A stretch of 41,222 nucleotides of DNA from Actinobacteria bacterium UBA7524 (lineage in GTDB: Bacteria > Actinomycetota > Coriobacteriia > Anaerosomatales > UBA912), in NCBI GenBank assembly GCA_002478275.1, contig DLMY01000016.1:62001-103222 (forward strand). The letters run 5' to 3'. The notes beneath the pieces were generated by a model, which was not told the origin of the DNA, did not search any database, and saw only the letters and a list, made by a program, of their open reading frames with translations. Below, piece by piece: positions 8,670 to 20,232 of this stretch; within the stretch, counting starts at the first letter, position 1; each line of letters begins with the position of its first letter. The translations under genes were made by a program, and so were the position numbers.

Positions 8670-8731
8670 CCGTATGCCTTTCGGCAGGTCTACAGCAACT
8701 TGAAAAGAGTACACAGCGGTCTTTTTTTTGT

Positions 8732-8816
8732 GGGGGTGTGCCCGAGTGGCTAAAGGGGACGGGCTGTAAACCCGTTGGCTACGCCTACCCAGGTTCGAAT
8801 CCTGGCGCCCCCACCA
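8732..8816 (+). tRNA. tRNA-Tyr(GTA)
   Basis: Acceptor GGGGGTG/CGCCCCC, anticodon arm ACGGG-CTGTAAA-CCCGT, long variable arm, CCA. Confidence 0.96.
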
Positions 8817-8856
8817 CACAGACATCGCTCGGAATGTCGGCGATTCAACGTCGAAT

Positions 8857-8932
<76 letters not shown>

Positions 8933-8968
8933 CCGATCACAGCCGCTGGCCGAGAGCTGGCGACAGAT

Positions 8969-9045
8969 GGCGGTGTAGCTCAGTTGGTCAGAGCACACGG
9001 TTCATACCCGTGGCGTCGCTGGTTCGAGTCCAGCCACCGCTACCA
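8969..9045 (+). tRNA. tRNA-Met(CAT), elongator type
   Basis: Acceptor GGCGGTG/CACCGCT, anticodon arm CACGG-TTCATAC-CCGTG, CCA; lacks the initiator C1:A72 mismatch and the 3 GC pairs. Confidence 0.9.
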
Positions 9046-9178
9046 TGACAATTCACGCGGGAACGTCTGCGTATGTTTGTTCGTCGGACGGTTTCGGTAA
9101 GAGAGGTTCAAGAGAGACGGGAGTGGGCCGGTCGTTGACGGGCCGGCCCGTCCGGAGTCTCGTGAGGAGGAGACTTAT

Positions 9179-10532
<1,354 letters not shown>

Positions 10533-10572
10533 CCGAGGCGACTCGTTTCGTTTCAAGACGGAGGGTAGAGAG

Positions 10573-10881
10573 TTGGCGAATCAGAAGATCAGGATCCGGC
10601 TGAAGGGCTATGACCACGAGATCGTGGATCAGTCGACCAAGATGATCGTGGATACGGCCCACAAGACCGGGGCGAAGGTATCGGGACCCATCCCGCTACC
10701 TACGGAGCGCAACCTGTACTGCGTCATCCGTTCGCCGCATGTCAACAAGGACAGCCGCGAGCACTTCGAGATGAAGACGCACAAGCGTCTCATCGACATA
10801 CTCGAGCCCACGCCCAAGACGGTCGACTCGCTGATGCGTCTCGATCTTCCGGCCGGAGTGGATATCGAGATCAAGCTGTAG
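10573..10881 (+). CDS. rpsJ: 30S ribosomal protein S10
   Basis: [29 protein letters not shown]. Confidence 0.98.
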   Translation: MANQKIRIRLKGYDHEIVDQSTKMIVDTAHKTGAKVSGPIPLPTERNLYCVIRSPHVNKDSREHFEMKTHKRLIDILEPTPKTVDSLMRLDLPAGVDIEIKL

Positions 10882-11004
10882 GGAAGCGGTATCCGTCGAG
10901 GCGAGCATTCCTCGGCGTTGTAGGAATGAGCGGTCCGCTGGGAATCGCTGCGCAAGGGGCGCGGTGTCACAGGCCCAAGACCGCATGACGAACGGAGCAA
11001 GCGG

Positions 11005-11625
11005 ATGGTAACGACGATACTGGGACGGAAGCTGGGGATGACCCAGCTCTGGAGTGAGGACGACAACCTCATTCCGGTGACCGTCATCGAAGCAGGGCCT
11101 TGCGTTGTCAGTCAGGTGAAGACGGACAAGCGGGACGGCTACAGCGCTGCCCAGATAGCCTTCGGTGAGATCAAGGAACAGCGGGTCAACAAGCCGATGC
11201 GCGGGCATTTCGCGAAGGCGGGTGTAGAGCCGAAGCGTCATCTCGCCGAGGTGCGCCTGGTCGAAGGTGATTCGGTGAAGCTTGGCGAGACATGGACGGT
11301 CGAGATGTTCGAGGCAGGTCAGATGGTCCACGTCACAGGAGTCAGTAAGGGTAAGGGCTTCGCCGGTGTCATGAAGAGGCACAACTTCCGCGGTGGACCT
11401 GGTGGGCACGGTTCGCACTTCCATAGGCAGCCTGGCTCGATCGGCATGTGCGCCACTCCGGCACGCGTGCTGAAGGGCACGAAGATGGCAGGTCACATGG
11501 GTGACGAGACCGTAACGGTCCGCAACCTCGAGGTCGTCAAGGTCGACGTCGAGCAGAACCTGATCATCGTGAAAGGCGCTGTCCCGGGTGGCAAGGGCGC
11601 GCTTCTGACCATCCGCGCGGCGTAA
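11005..11625 (+). CDS. rplC: 50S ribosomal protein L3
   Basis: [29 protein letters not shown]. Confidence 0.98.
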   Translation: MVTTILGRKLGMTQLWSEDDNLIPVTVIEAGPCVVSQVKTDKRDGYSAAQIAFGEIKEQRVNKPMRGHFAKAGVEPKRHLAEVRLVEGDSVKLGETWTVEMFEAGQMVHVTGVSKGKGFAGVMKRHNFRGGPGGHGSHFHRQPGSIGMCATPARVLKGTKMAGHMGDETVTVRNLEVVKVDVEQNLIIVKGAVPGGKGALLTIRAA

Positions 11626-11673
11626 GTCACGGTCGTTGACGGACGCTTGTCATACATGAGGAGTACGAGAAAG

Positions 11674-12297
11674 ATGGCAACGATAGAGATCAAAGACACC
11701 GCCGGCAAGAAGGTGGGCGTGGCGGAGGTTGCGGACGGCGTGTTCGGTATAGAGCCGCATACGTTCGCCATGCATCAAGTCGTGCGCAGCCAGCAAGCTG
11801 CTCGACGGGCCGGCACCCACAGCACCAAAGGACGCAGCGACGTGTCCGGCGGTGGAGCGAAGCCGTGGCGCCAGAAGGGCACGGGTCGTGCACGGCAGGG
11901 CACCATCCGCGCTCCTCAGTGGCGGGGTGGTGGTATCGTGTTCGGTCCTAACCCGCGGAGCTACGCGTTCAAAGTGCCGAACAAGGTCGTCAAGCTGGCG
12001 ATGCGCAGTGCGTTGTCCGCCAAGAACTCCGAGGGTGTTCTGCACGTCGTTGACGAGTTCGCTCTCGATGCACCGTCGACCAAGCGCGCTGCCGAGATAC
12101 TGAAGAACCTCGGTATCGCGGGTCGCGTCACTGTGGTCGTTGACAACGACGACCGCAACGCGCTCCTTTCATTCCGCAACATACCGAAGGTCTGCGTCAT
12201 CACGGCCTCCGAGGCCAACACGTACGACCTCGTGAACAACAATGCCGTGCTGATCACGAAGCCGGCTCTGAGTTGGCTTGAGGGGGTGCTGGTGTGA
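11674..12297 (+). CDS. rplD: 50S ribosomal protein L4
   Basis: [21 protein letters not shown] 11674 behind GAGGAG. Confidence 0.97.
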   Translation: MATIEIKDTAGKKVGVAEVADGVFGIEPHTFAMHQVVRSQQAARRAGTHSTKGRSDVSGGGAKPWRQKGTGRARQGTIRAPQWRGGGIVFGPNPRSYAFKVPNKVVKLAMRSALSAKNSEGVLHVVDEFALDAPSTKRAAEILKNLGIAGRVTVVVDNDDRNALLSFRNIPKVCVITASEANTYDLVNNNAVLITKPALSWLEGVLV

Positions 12298-12584
12298 TGA
12301 CCGATGCCCGAGATATCATTATCCGCCCCGTCGTGTCGGAGAAGTCCTTCGACATGATCGAGCAGAACCGCTATACGTTCGAGGTTGCGAAGACCGCCTC
12401 TAAGCCACAGATCGCGGATGCTGTCACCGAGATATTCGGCGTGACGGTGACGGACGTGAACACGATGAACGTCGCGGGTAAGCCTCGCCGATTGCGCTAT
12501 CGCAAGGGGCTGACCCGCACGTGGAAGAAGGCGATCGTGACCCTGAAACAGGGTGACTCGATCGAGTTCTTCGAAGCAAGGTAG
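12294..12584 (+). CDS. rplW: 50S ribosomal protein L23
   Basis: IIIRPVVSEKS, WKKAIVTL; operon position. Confidence 0.97.
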   Translation: MMTDARDIIIRPVVSEKSFDMIEQNRYTFEVAKTASKPQIADAVTEIFGVTVTDVNTMNVAGKPRRLRYRKGLTRTWKKAIVTLKQGDSIEFFEAR

Positions 12585-12731
12585 GTACGGACGCAGGGCG
12601 CGTTCGGGTGTTGCGGGCGAAAGATGGAGCCGCCCGGCACCGTGGTAGTCCGGCGTCGACGCCGCCTAGTGGGTCACGATGATCCGCTTGTCCCGGGCAG
12701 CGACGGCCATCGGACAGAATAGGAGCCAGGA

Positions 12732-13562
12732 ATGGGACTTAAGAAGTACAAGCCGACCTCACCGGGTCGACGCTTCCAGACGGTCTCGGATTTCTCCGAG
12801 ATCACTCGGAGCGAGCCCGAGAAGTCTCTGCTCGAGCCGCTGCACAGGACCGGTGGCCGCAACAACCGTGGACGTATCACCACCCGGCATCAGGGTGGCG
12901 GACACAAGCGGCGTTACCGGCGTATCGATTTCAAGCGCAACAAGGACGGTATCCCCGCCAAGGTCGCTTCGATCGAGTACGACCCGAATCGTTCGGCTCG
13001 TATAGCGCTGTTGCACTATGTCGACGGCGAGAAGCGCTACATTCTCGCGCCGAAGGGTCTGTCGGTCGGCGCAGAGGTCATGAGCGGTGCGGATGCTGAC
13101 ATCAAGCCGGGCAACAGCCTGCAGATCAAGGACATCCCGACCGGTACCGTCGTTCATGCGGTCGAGCTTCAGCCCGGCAAAGGTGCCGCGATGGCTCGCT
13201 CTGCCGGAACTTCGATCCAGCTGATGGGCAAAGAGGGCGACTACGCGATCCTGCGTATGCCCTCCAGCGAGATGAGGCGGGTTCTTGTGACCTGTCGCGC
13301 GACGATCGGTGAGGTCGGGAACTCGGACCACGCGAACATCACGCTGGGCAAAGCGGGGCGGGCGCGCTGGAAGGGCGTGCGTCCGACCGTTCGTGGTACC
13401 GCGATGAACCCGGTCGACCACCCGCACGGTGGTGGAGAGGGCAAGAACAAGACCGCTGGCCGTCATCCTGTGACTCCGTGGGGTGTTCCGACCAAGGGGC
13501 ATCGTACGCGCAAGAAGGGCAAGGCCTCGGACCGTCTGATCATCCGGCGTCGCAAGAAGTAG
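12732..13562 (+). CDS. rplB: 50S ribosomal protein L2
   Basis: [30 protein letters not shown]. Confidence 0.98.
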   Translation: MGLKKYKPTSPGRRFQTVSDFSEITRSEPEKSLLEPLHRTGGRNNRGRITTRHQGGGHKRRYRRIDFKRNKDGIPAKVASIEYDPNRSARIALLHYVDGEKRYILAPKGLSVGAEVMSGADADIKPGNSLQIKDIPTGTVVHAVELQPGKGAAMARSAGTSIQLMGKEGDYAILRMPSSEMRRVLVTCRATIGEVGNSDHANITLGKAGRARWKGVRPTVRGTAMNPVDHPHGGGEGKNKTAGRHPVTPWGVPTKGHRTRKKGKASDRLIIRRRKK

Positions 13563-13592
13563 CGGCGAGGGCAAGGGAGCTGATTGCAGATC

Positions 13593-13868
13593 ATGAGCAG
13601 GAGTTTGAAGAAAGGGCCGTTCGTTCAGCCGAGACTGCTTGCGCGGATCCAGCAGATGAACGAGGCGGGAGAGAAGAAGGTCGTCAAGACCTGGTCTCGC
13701 GCGTCGACCATCTTCCCGGAGATGGTGGGCCATACGATAGCCGTTCATGACGGGCGCAAGCACGTGCCGGTGTATGTCACGGAGTCGATGGTCGGTCACA
13801 AGCTCGGAGAGTTCTCGCCGACGCGCACATTCCGCGGGCACGCGGCTGACAAGAAGGGCAAGAGGTAG
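13593..13868 (+). CDS. rpsS: 30S ribosomal protein S19
   Basis: [24 protein letters not shown]. Confidence 0.98.
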   Translation: MSRSLKKGPFVQPRLLARIQQMNEAGEKKVVKTWSRASTIFPEMVGHTIAVHDGRKHVPVYVTESMVGHKLGEFSPTRTFRGHAADKKGKR

Positions 13869-13873
13869 GGACG

Positions 13874-14215
13874 ATGGAAGCAAGAGCAGTAGCACGCTAC
13901 GTGCGGGTCAGTCCTCGCAAGGCCCGCCTTGTGGTCGACCTCATCCGTGGTAAGTCCGTGGACGAGGCTTCGGCGATCTTGAAGTTCACGCCGCGCGCGG
14001 CCGCCGAGATCGTGGAGAAGGTTCTCATGAGCGCAGTGGCCAATGCGGAGAAGAACCTGAAGATCAAGTCGGACGACCTCATAGTGGCGACGACGTATGT
14101 CGATGAGGGTCCCACCCTCAAGCGTATCCGCCCCCGTGCGCAGGGTCGTGCGTTCAGGATCGGGAAGCGCACCAGCCACATCACAGTCGTTCTCAAGCAG
14201 CGAGAGGAGGCGTAG
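13874..14215 (+). CDS. rplV: 50S ribosomal protein L22
   Basis: [30 protein letters not shown]. Confidence 0.98.
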   Translation: MEARAVARYVRVSPRKARLVVDLIRGKSVDEASAILKFTPRAAAEIVEKVLMSAVANAEKNLKIKSDDLIVATTYVDEGPTLKRIRPRAQGRAFRIGKRTSHITVVLKQREEA

Positions 14216-14218
14216 AGC

Positions 14219-14923
14219 ATGGGCCAGAAGGTCTATCCTGTCGGGTTCAGACTCGGCATCACTGAGAACTGGCGTTCTCGCTGGTATCAGGGCAAGGGCT
14301 ACAGCGAGACGCTTGCTCAGGACCTGAAGATCAGAGAGTACCTGCTCAAGCGCTTGCGCCGCGCGGCCGTCTCGCGCGTCGATATCGAGCGCAAGGGTGA
14401 CAAGACGATCGTCGCGCTTTGGACCGCTCGTCCGGGCATCGTCATCGGCAAGAAGGGCGCCGAGGTCGATGTGCTTCGCAAGGATCTCGAGAAGATGACC
14501 GGTGGTCAGGTGACGGTCAACATCGTCGAGATCAAGCGTCCCGAGCTCGACGCGACCCTCGTCGCACAGGGCGTAGCCGAGCAGCTCGTGGGACGCGTGG
14601 CTTTCCGCCGGGCGATGCGCAAGGCGGTGGCATCGGCCATGAAGAGCGGTGCCCTCGGCATCCGGATCCAGTGCTCCGGTCGTCTCGGCGGCGCTGAGAT
14701 GGGTCGGCGCGAGTGGTACCGCGAGGGCAGGGTCCCCCTGCACACCCTGCGCGCCGTGATCGACTACGGTACGGCGGAAGCACGGACGACGATGGGCGCC
14801 ATCGGCGTGAAGGTGTGGATCTACCGCGGTGAGCTTCTGCCCGGCCAGTCCATCCCGAGTCCGTCGGACGAGCGCGAGCGTCCTCAAAGGCCGCGACGCA
14901 ACGAAGGTGGAGGGAGACGCTAG
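14219..14923 (+). CDS. rpsC: 30S ribosomal protein S3
   Basis: [31 protein letters not shown]. Confidence 0.98.
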   Translation: MGQKVYPVGFRLGITENWRSRWYQGKGYSETLAQDLKIREYLLKRLRRAAVSRVDIERKGDKTIVALWTARPGIVIGKKGAEVDVLRKDLEKMTGGQVTVNIVEIKRPELDATLVAQGVAEQLVGRVAFRRAMRKAVASAMKSGALGIRIQCSGRLGGAEMGRREWYREGRVPLHTLRAVIDYGTAEARTTMGAIGVKVWIYRGELLPGQSIPSPSDERERPQRPRRNEGGGRR

Positions 14924-15349
14924 ATGCTTCTGCCTAAGAGAGTGAAACACCGCAAGGTCCAGCGCGGTTCGATGAAAGGGCAGGCCAAGGGCGGAACCGA
15001 GGTCAACTATGGTGACTACGGTATCAAGGCGCTCGAGGCTGGCTGGATCACGAACCGGCAGATCGAAGCCGCGCGTATCGCGATGACGCGTTACATCAAG
15101 CGTGGCGGTAAGGTCTGGATCACCATATTCCCGGACAAGCCGATCACCCAGAAGCCCGCAGAGACGCGGATGGGTTCAGGTAAGGGCAATCCGGAGAAGT
15201 GGGTCGCGGTCGTCAAGCCCGGACGCATCATGTTCGAGCTTGCCGGCGTGCCCGAGGATGTAGCCAAAGAAGCGATACGGTTGGCGCGTCATAAGTTGCC
15301 GATCAAGACGAAGTTCGTTACCCGGGGCGATTCCGGTGGTGAGGGATAG
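14924..15349 (+). CDS. rplP: 50S ribosomal protein L16
   Basis: [26 protein letters not shown]. Confidence 0.98.
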   Translation: MLLPKRVKHRKVQRGSMKGQAKGGTEVNYGDYGIKALEAGWITNRQIEAARIAMTRYIKRGGKVWITIFPDKPITQKPAETRMGSGKGNPEKWVAVVKPGRIMFELAGVPEDVAKEAIRLARHKLPIKTKFVTRGDSGGEG

Positions 15350-15565
15350 ATGAAGACAAGTGAGATAGTCGGTCTGGCCGACGCTGAAGTGATCGAGAAG
15401 ATCAAGGACGCGCGCGCCGAGCTGTTCAACCTGAGGTTCCAGCTCGCTACGGGTCAGCTTGACAACCCTGCGCGCATCAAGACCGTCAAGAAGACGATAG
15501 CGCGTCTGCACACGGAGATCAGGTCCCGCGAGCTGCGGGCAGAGCGTGACGCGGCTGCGTCGTAG
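15350..15565 (+). CDS. rpmC: 50S ribosomal protein L29
   Basis: [14 protein letters not shown]; operon position. Confidence 0.96.
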   Translation: MKTSEIVGLADAEVIEKIKDARAELFNLRFQLATGQLDNPARIKTVKKTIARLHTEIRSRELRAERDAAAS

Positions 15566-15587
15566 ACGGATGGTGGAGGAACACACA

Positions 15588-15848
15588 GTGAGCGAACAGC
15601 GCAACAGCCGAAAGATCCGTCAGGGAACGGTGGTTTCCGCATCGGCGGACAAGACGTGTGTGGTGAAAGTCGAGGCCCGCAAACAGCATCCGCTGTACGG
15701 GAAGATGATCACCCAGAGCACGAAGTACCACGCACACGACGAGAACAACGAGTGCGGTGTAGGTGACACCGTCACGATCATGGAGACGAGGCCTCTGTCC
15801 AAGCTCAAGAGGTGGCGTCTTGTGGAGATAGTCGAGAAGGCCAAGTAG
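15588..15848 (+). CDS. rpsQ: 30S ribosomal protein S17
   Basis: [27 protein letters not shown] start behind GGAGG. Confidence 0.96.
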   Translation: MSEQRNSRKIRQGTVVSASADKTCVVKVEARKQHPLYGKMITQSTKYHAHDENNECGVGDTVTIMETRPLSKLKRWRLVEIVEKAK

Positions 15849-15864
15849 ACAGCGGTTCGTGCAC

Positions 15865-15895
15865 GTGCTCTCGCGCGATGCGAGAGCACCTCTCT
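15865..15895 (+). terminator. Strong hairpin between the S10 and spc blocks (terminator or processing site)
   Basis: Perfect 10-bp stem GTGCTCTCGC/GCGAGAGCAC followed by pyrimidines CTCTCT. Confidence 0.45.
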
Positions 15896-15922
15896 CGCTC
15901 CGCTCCGGTAACGGAGGAAGCA

Positions 15923-16291
15923 ATGATCCAGGCAGAGACCCGGCTCAAGGTCGCCGACAACTCGGGTGCACGCAAGGTCGCGTGTATCAAGGTGCTCGGC
16001 GGCTCCAAACGTCGATACGCGTACGCCGGTGACGTCATCGTCTGTTCCGTGAAGGAAGCGATTCCGAACGGTACCGTGAAGAAGGGCGATGTGGTGCGTG
16101 CCGTGGTGGTGCGCACGAAGAAGGAAGTCCGACGCAAGGACGGTAGCTACATCAAGTTCGACGAGAACGCCGCTGTAATCATCGATCAGCAGGGTAACCC
16201 GAGGGGTACGCGCATCTTCGGCCCTGTCGCGCGTGAGTTGCGTGATAGGCGCTACATGAAGATCGTCTCGCTCGCCCCCGAAGTGCTGTAG
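15923..16291 (+). CDS. rplN: 50S ribosomal protein L14
   Basis: [35 protein letters not shown]. Confidence 0.98.
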   Translation: MIQAETRLKVADNSGARKVACIKVLGGSKRRYAYAGDVIVCSVKEAIPNGTVKKGDVVRAVVVRTKKEVRRKDGSYIKFDENAAVIIDQQGNPRGTRIFGPVARELRDRRYMKIVSLAPEVL

Positions 16292-16304
16292 GAGGCTAGC
16301 GAGG

Positions 16305-16628
16305 ATGTCGAGATCCATGACTGTGCGCAAGGGTGACAAGGTGAAGGTCATCGCGGGCAAGGACCGTGGCAAGGAGAGCCGTGTTCTTCGGGTGTACCCG
16401 GAGAAGCAGAGGCTCGTGGTCGAGCACGTGAACATGATCAAGAAGCATAAGCGAGCCACCAGTAAGCAACCGCAGGGAGGCATCCTCGAGGTGGAGGGCA
16501 CGATCCATGTCAGCAACGTGATGCTGCTGTGCCCGAGTTGCTCGCAGGCGACCCGTGTGGGTCGACGCCGGGAAGAGGGTACCCGGATCCGCGTGTGCAA
16601 GAAGTGCGGCAGTGACATAGACAAGTAG
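16305..16628 (+). CDS. rplX: 50S ribosomal protein L24
   Basis: KGDKVKVIAGKDRGK KOW motif, IHVSNV. Confidence 0.97.
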   Translation: MSRSMTVRKGDKVKVIAGKDRGKESRVLRVYPEKQRLVVEHVNMIKKHKRATSKQPQGGILEVEGTIHVSNVMLLCPSCSQATRVGRRREEGTRIRVCKKCGSDIDK

Positions 16629-16700
16629 GTCCTGGACCTACTTCAAGACGTGCCGGGTCGGAAATCCGGTACGCGCGAACGGACACGGAGGTAATGCCAG

Positions 16701-17243
16701 ATGGCCCCAAGGTTCAAAGAGAAGTATCGCGCAGAGGTCGTCCCGAAGCTGATGGAGCAGTTCGGTTACTCGAACGTCAATCAGGTTCCCCGCCTGGAGA
16801 AGATAGTCGTGAACATGGGGGTTGGCGAAGCCGCTCAGGACTCAAAGGCCCTGGATTCGGCGATGGCCGACCTTGCGATCATCACCGGCCAGAAGGCGAT
16901 GGTAGCGCGGGCCCGTAAGTCGATCGCGGGTTTCAAGATCAGGGAAGGTATGCCGATCGGCGCGAAGGTCACTCTTCGTGGCGACCGTATGTGGGAGTTC
17001 TTCGACCGGCTCGTGACGACGGCGATACCGCGAGTCCGTGACTTCCGGGGGTTGAACCCGAAGTCGTTCGACGGCAGAGGCAATTACTCGATGGGCGTCA
17101 CCGAGCAACTGGTGTTCCCGGAGATCGACTACGACAAGATCGATCGCGTCCGTGGGATGGACATCACGTTCGTTTCGACAGCGAAAACAGACGAGGAAGC
17201 GCGCGCCTTGCTTGACGGCTTCGCCTTCCCGTTCAAGCGATAG
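16701..17243 (+). CDS. rplE: 50S ribosomal protein L5
   Basis: [28 protein letters not shown]. Confidence 0.98.
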   Translation: MAPRFKEKYRAEVVPKLMEQFGYSNVNQVPRLEKIVVNMGVGEAAQDSKALDSAMADLAIITGQKAMVARARKSIAGFKIREGMPIGAKVTLRGDRMWEFFDRLVTTAIPRVRDFRGLNPKSFDGRGNYSMGVTEQLVFPEIDYDKIDRVRGMDITFVSTAKTDEEARALLDGFAFPFKR

Positions 17244-17285
17244 AGAGTTCTCGGAGACAACACGTCTCGTGAAGGAGGTTCACAG

Positions 17286-17471
17286 GTGGCCAAGAAGTCG
17301 ATGATCGCCAAGGCGAAGCGTACACCCAAGTTCGGGGTACGTGCGGTCAACCGCTGCAATCGCTGCGGCAGGCCGCGGAGCTACTACAGGCAGTTCGGCC
17401 TGTGCCGCATCTGCGTGCGTGAGCTCGCGAGTCGCGGCGAGCTTCCCGGTGTCCGTAAGGCGAGCTGGTAG
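17286..17471 (+). CDS. rpsN: 30S ribosomal protein S14, short Zn-binding type
   Basis: 61 aa, CNRC...[15 protein letters not shown]. Confidence 0.97.
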   Translation: MAKKSMIAKAKRTPKFGVRAVNRCNRCGRPRSYYRQFGLCRICVRELASRGELPGVRKASW

Positions 17472-17571
17472 CCAGGACCCCGGAGAAGCCCTCGCGTGTA
17501 GGCGTGTCGGCCACGGGCGGACACGAACCGTACGCGAAGGATCGATCCAGGACTATAGGAGGTAGTAAGAC

Positions 17572-17970
17572 ATGAGCATGACAGACCCGATCGCCGATAT
17601 GCTGACCAGGGTGCGCAACGCCAACTCTGCGTTCAAGCCTTCGGCGAGCATCCCTGCTTCCAAGAAGCTGGTGGAGATCGCGCGCATCATGAAACAGGAG
17701 GGTTATATCGAGGACTACGCCCTCGAGCCGGGCACTCCTCAGGACACCCTGCAGGTCGTCCTTAAGTACGGACCCAAGAAGCAGCGCACGATCACAGGCA
17801 TACGCCGCATATCCAAGCCCGGCCTTCGCGTGTACGCCAAGAAGGACGAGCTCCCTCGCGTCTTGGGAGGGCTGGGTATCGCGGTCATATCCACATCGAG
17901 TGGCGTGATGACCGACCGGGATGCTCGCAAGGCGGGCGTCGGCGGCGAAGTCATCGCGTACATCTGGTAA
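17572..17970 (+). CDS. rpsH: 30S ribosomal protein S8
   Basis: [29 protein letters not shown]. Confidence 0.98.
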   Translation: MSMTDPIADMLTRVRNANSAFKPSASIPASKKLVEIARIMKQEGYIEDYALEPGTPQDTLQVVLKYGPKKQRTITGIRRISKPGLRVYAKKDELPRVLGGLGIAVISTSSGVMTDRDARKAGVGGEVIAYIW

Positions 17971-18002
17971 CCGGACAGGACTGAAGGAAAGGAGCGTACG
18001 CC

Positions 18003-18539
18003 GTGTCTCGCATCGGCAAGCAGCCCATCCCGGTCCCTTCCGGGGTGGAGATCAAGATAGACGGCTCTTCCGTCACGGTAAAAGGACCCAAGGGTGAACT
18101 GTCGCAGCAGTTCAACGAAGACATGATCATCGAGATGGACGAAGGAGTAGTCGCGGTGCGGCGCCCCAGCGAATCACGCCAGCATCGCTCGCTCCACGGA
18201 CTGACCAGGACCCTGCTGGCCAACATGGTCACCGGCGTCTCGGAAGGCTTCTTCAAGAACCTCGAGATCGTCGGCGTGGGGTACCGGGCCGCTCTCAAGG
18301 GTTCCGACTTGGAGATGCAGCTCGGTTTCTCTCATCCCGTTCTCGTCAAGGCGGAGCCAGGCATCACATTTGAAGTGCCGGCCCCCACGAAGGTCACGGT
18401 GAAAGGCATAGACAAGCAAAGGGTCGGTCAGGTCGCAGCTGAGATTCGCGGATGGCGGCCTCCGGAGCCCTACAAGGGCAAAGGCGTTCGCTATGAAGGT
18501 GAGTACGTAAGGCGCAAGCTCGGTAAGACGGCCAAGTAG
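18003..18539 (+). CDS. rplF: 50S ribosomal protein L6
   Basis: [19 protein letters not shown]. Confidence 0.98.
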   Translation: MSRIGKQPIPVPSGVEIKIDGSSVTVKGPKGELSQQFNEDMIIEMDEGVVAVRRPSESRQHRSLHGLTRTLLANMVTGVSEGFFKNLEIVGVGYRAALKGSDLEMQLGFSHPVLVKAEPGITFEVPAPTKVTVKGIDKQRVGQVAAEIRGWRPPEPYKGKGVRYEGEYVRRKLGKTAK

Positions 18540-18591
18540 GACCCGAATCCGGTCCGAGTCGGGCCGGGGATCTCAAGGAGTGTTGTGGATC

Positions 18592-18960
18592 ATGGATAGG
18601 CTCAAGACCAAGAGGGCGGGTCTCGCACGGCGGAAGACTCGTGTCCGGGGCAAGGTGTTCGGCACAGCCGATCGCCCACGTCTGTGTGTGACCCGGAGTA
18701 ACATGCAGATCTACGCGCAGTTGGTCGACGACGTCGCAGGAGTGACACTCGCCTCTGCTTCCAGTGTCGACCCGGAGCTGCGTAGTGTTCTGAAGTCCGG
18801 CGGCAATGCTGACGCGGCCAAGGCTGTCGGTGAGTCGATTGGGCGCAAGGCGTCGGAGCGAGGCATCACCGAGGTCGTATTCGACCGGAGTGGCCGTCTC
18901 TATCACGGCCGCGTGAAAGCACTCGCCGATGGCGCACGCAGCGCCGGACTCACGTTCTAG
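18592..18960 (+). CDS. rplR: 50S ribosomal protein L18
   Basis: [26 protein letters not shown]. Confidence 0.97.
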   Translation: MDRLKTKRAGLARRKTRVRGKVFGTADRPRLCVTRSNMQIYAQLVDDVAGVTLASASSVDPELRSVLKSGGNADAAKAVGESIGRKASERGITEVVFDRSGRLYHGRVKALADGARSAGLTF

Positions 18961-18971
18961 GGAGGACATGC

Positions 18972-19481
18972 ATGGCGCGCAGAGAAGCCCCGGTATCGGA
19001 GCTGCAGGAGAAGGTCGTATACATCAATCGAGTTTCCAAGGTCGTGAAGGGCGGTCGTCGCTTCGCCTTGACGGCTTTGGTCGTCGTCGGTGACGGCGCC
19101 GGGAACGTCGGTGTCGGTATGGGCAAGTCCCAGGAGGTGCCCATCGCCATCAAGAAGGGCATCGAGGACGCCAAGAAGAACATGTTCCGGGTTCCGTTGC
19201 AGGACGGCACCATTCCCCACACGGTGACGGGTGTCTTCGGTGCGGGTCGCGTGTTGCTCAAACCGGCCAGCCCGGGTACCGGCGTGATCGCCGGAGGACC
19301 GGTTCGGGCGCTGCTCGAGCTCGCCGGCGTACAGAACGTCCTGTCCAAGTCCCTCGGGACGGACAACGCACTCAACATCGTCAAGGCCGCAGCGGAAGGG
19401 CTGAAGTCCCTGTCGTCTCCGGAGGATGTGGCGCGCAAGCGCGGCAAGTCCGTGGCACAGATCTATGGTTGGGAGGAGTGA
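18972..19481 (+). CDS. rpsE: 30S ribosomal protein S5
   Basis: [26 protein letters not shown]. Confidence 0.98.
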   Translation: MARREAPVSELQEKVVYINRVSKVVKGGRRFALTALVVVGDGAGNVGVGMGKSQEVPIAIKKGIEDAKKNMFRVPLQDGTIPHTVTGVFGAGRVLLKPASPGTGVIAGGPVRALLELAGVQNVLSKSLGTDNALNIVKAAAEGLKSLSSPEDVARKRGKSVAQIYGWEE

Positions 19482-19485
19482 CGAC

Positions 19486-19668
19486 GTGGCCAAGAAGTTG
19501 AAGATCACTCAGGTCAGAAGCGCTATCGGCCTGGCGAAAGACCAGAAGGCCACCGTGCGCGCACTGGGACTGAAGCGCATCAATCACAGCGTTGAGCAGG
19601 AAGACAACCCGGTCATACGGGGGATGGTGTTCAAGGTCAAGCACCTCGTGGAAGTCGAGGAGATCTAG
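19486..19668 (+). CDS. rpmD: 50S ribosomal protein L30
   Basis: [30 protein letters not shown] start. Confidence 0.96.
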   Translation: MAKKLKITQVRSAIGLAKDQKATVRALGLKRINHSVEQEDNPVIRGMVFKVKHLVEVEEI

Positions 19669-19785
19669 ACCGGATCGACACAGTCACGGCTGCAGGAGTC
19701 GTCCTGGCGGCCACATGAAGTCAGTCGGCGGCGAGCGGCCGACAGCGCCGGAGTCCGGCGGCAAGCGAATACGAAGGAGAACAAG

Positions 19786-20232
19786 ATGCAGATTCACGAC
19801 CTGTTCCCGGCGCCAGGATCCCGCAAGGGTCCGAAGCGTGTGGGCCGCGGCCACGGAAGCGGTCACGGTGGGCGTTCGGGACGCGGCGACAAGGGCCAGC
19901 TTTCCAGGTCCGGCGGCGGAAAAGGCCCCGGATTCGAGGGCGGGCAGAATCCCCTGCACATGCGGCTACCGAAGCTTCCCGGATTCAAGAATCGCTTCCG
20001 TACCGAGTACGCTGTGGTCAACGTGTCTCGCCTTGAGGAGAAGTTCGCTGCGGGCGACGTCATCGACGTTGACTCACTGTTCGCGGCTGGCATCATCAAG
20101 TCGAAGCAGGTACCGGTCAAGGTCCTTGGTGACGGCGACGTGACCAAGTCTTTCACCGTCAAGGTCGATAAGATATCCGGCCAGGCGCGCGAGAAGGTCG
20201 AGAAGGCCGGAGGGACGGTAGAGGCCCTGTGA
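19786..20232 (+). CDS. rplO: 50S ribosomal protein L15
   Basis: KRVGRGHGSG, GFEGGQNPL..RLPK. Confidence 0.98.
   Translation: MQIHDLFPAPGSRKGPKRVGRGHGSGHGGRSGRGDKGQLSRSGGGKGPGFEGGQNPLHMRLPKLPGFKNRFRTEYAVVNVSRLEEKFAAGDVIDVDSLFAAGIIKSKQVPVKVLGDGDVTKSFTVKVDKISGQAREKVEKAGGTVEAL

Noticed and set aside
8969..9045. tRNA(CAT) as initiator fMet or Ile2
   Set aside because: No C1:A72 mismatch or triple G-C anticodon stem; the sequence resembles Gram-positive elongator Met, although Ile2 cannot be fully excluded without tRNAscan-SE
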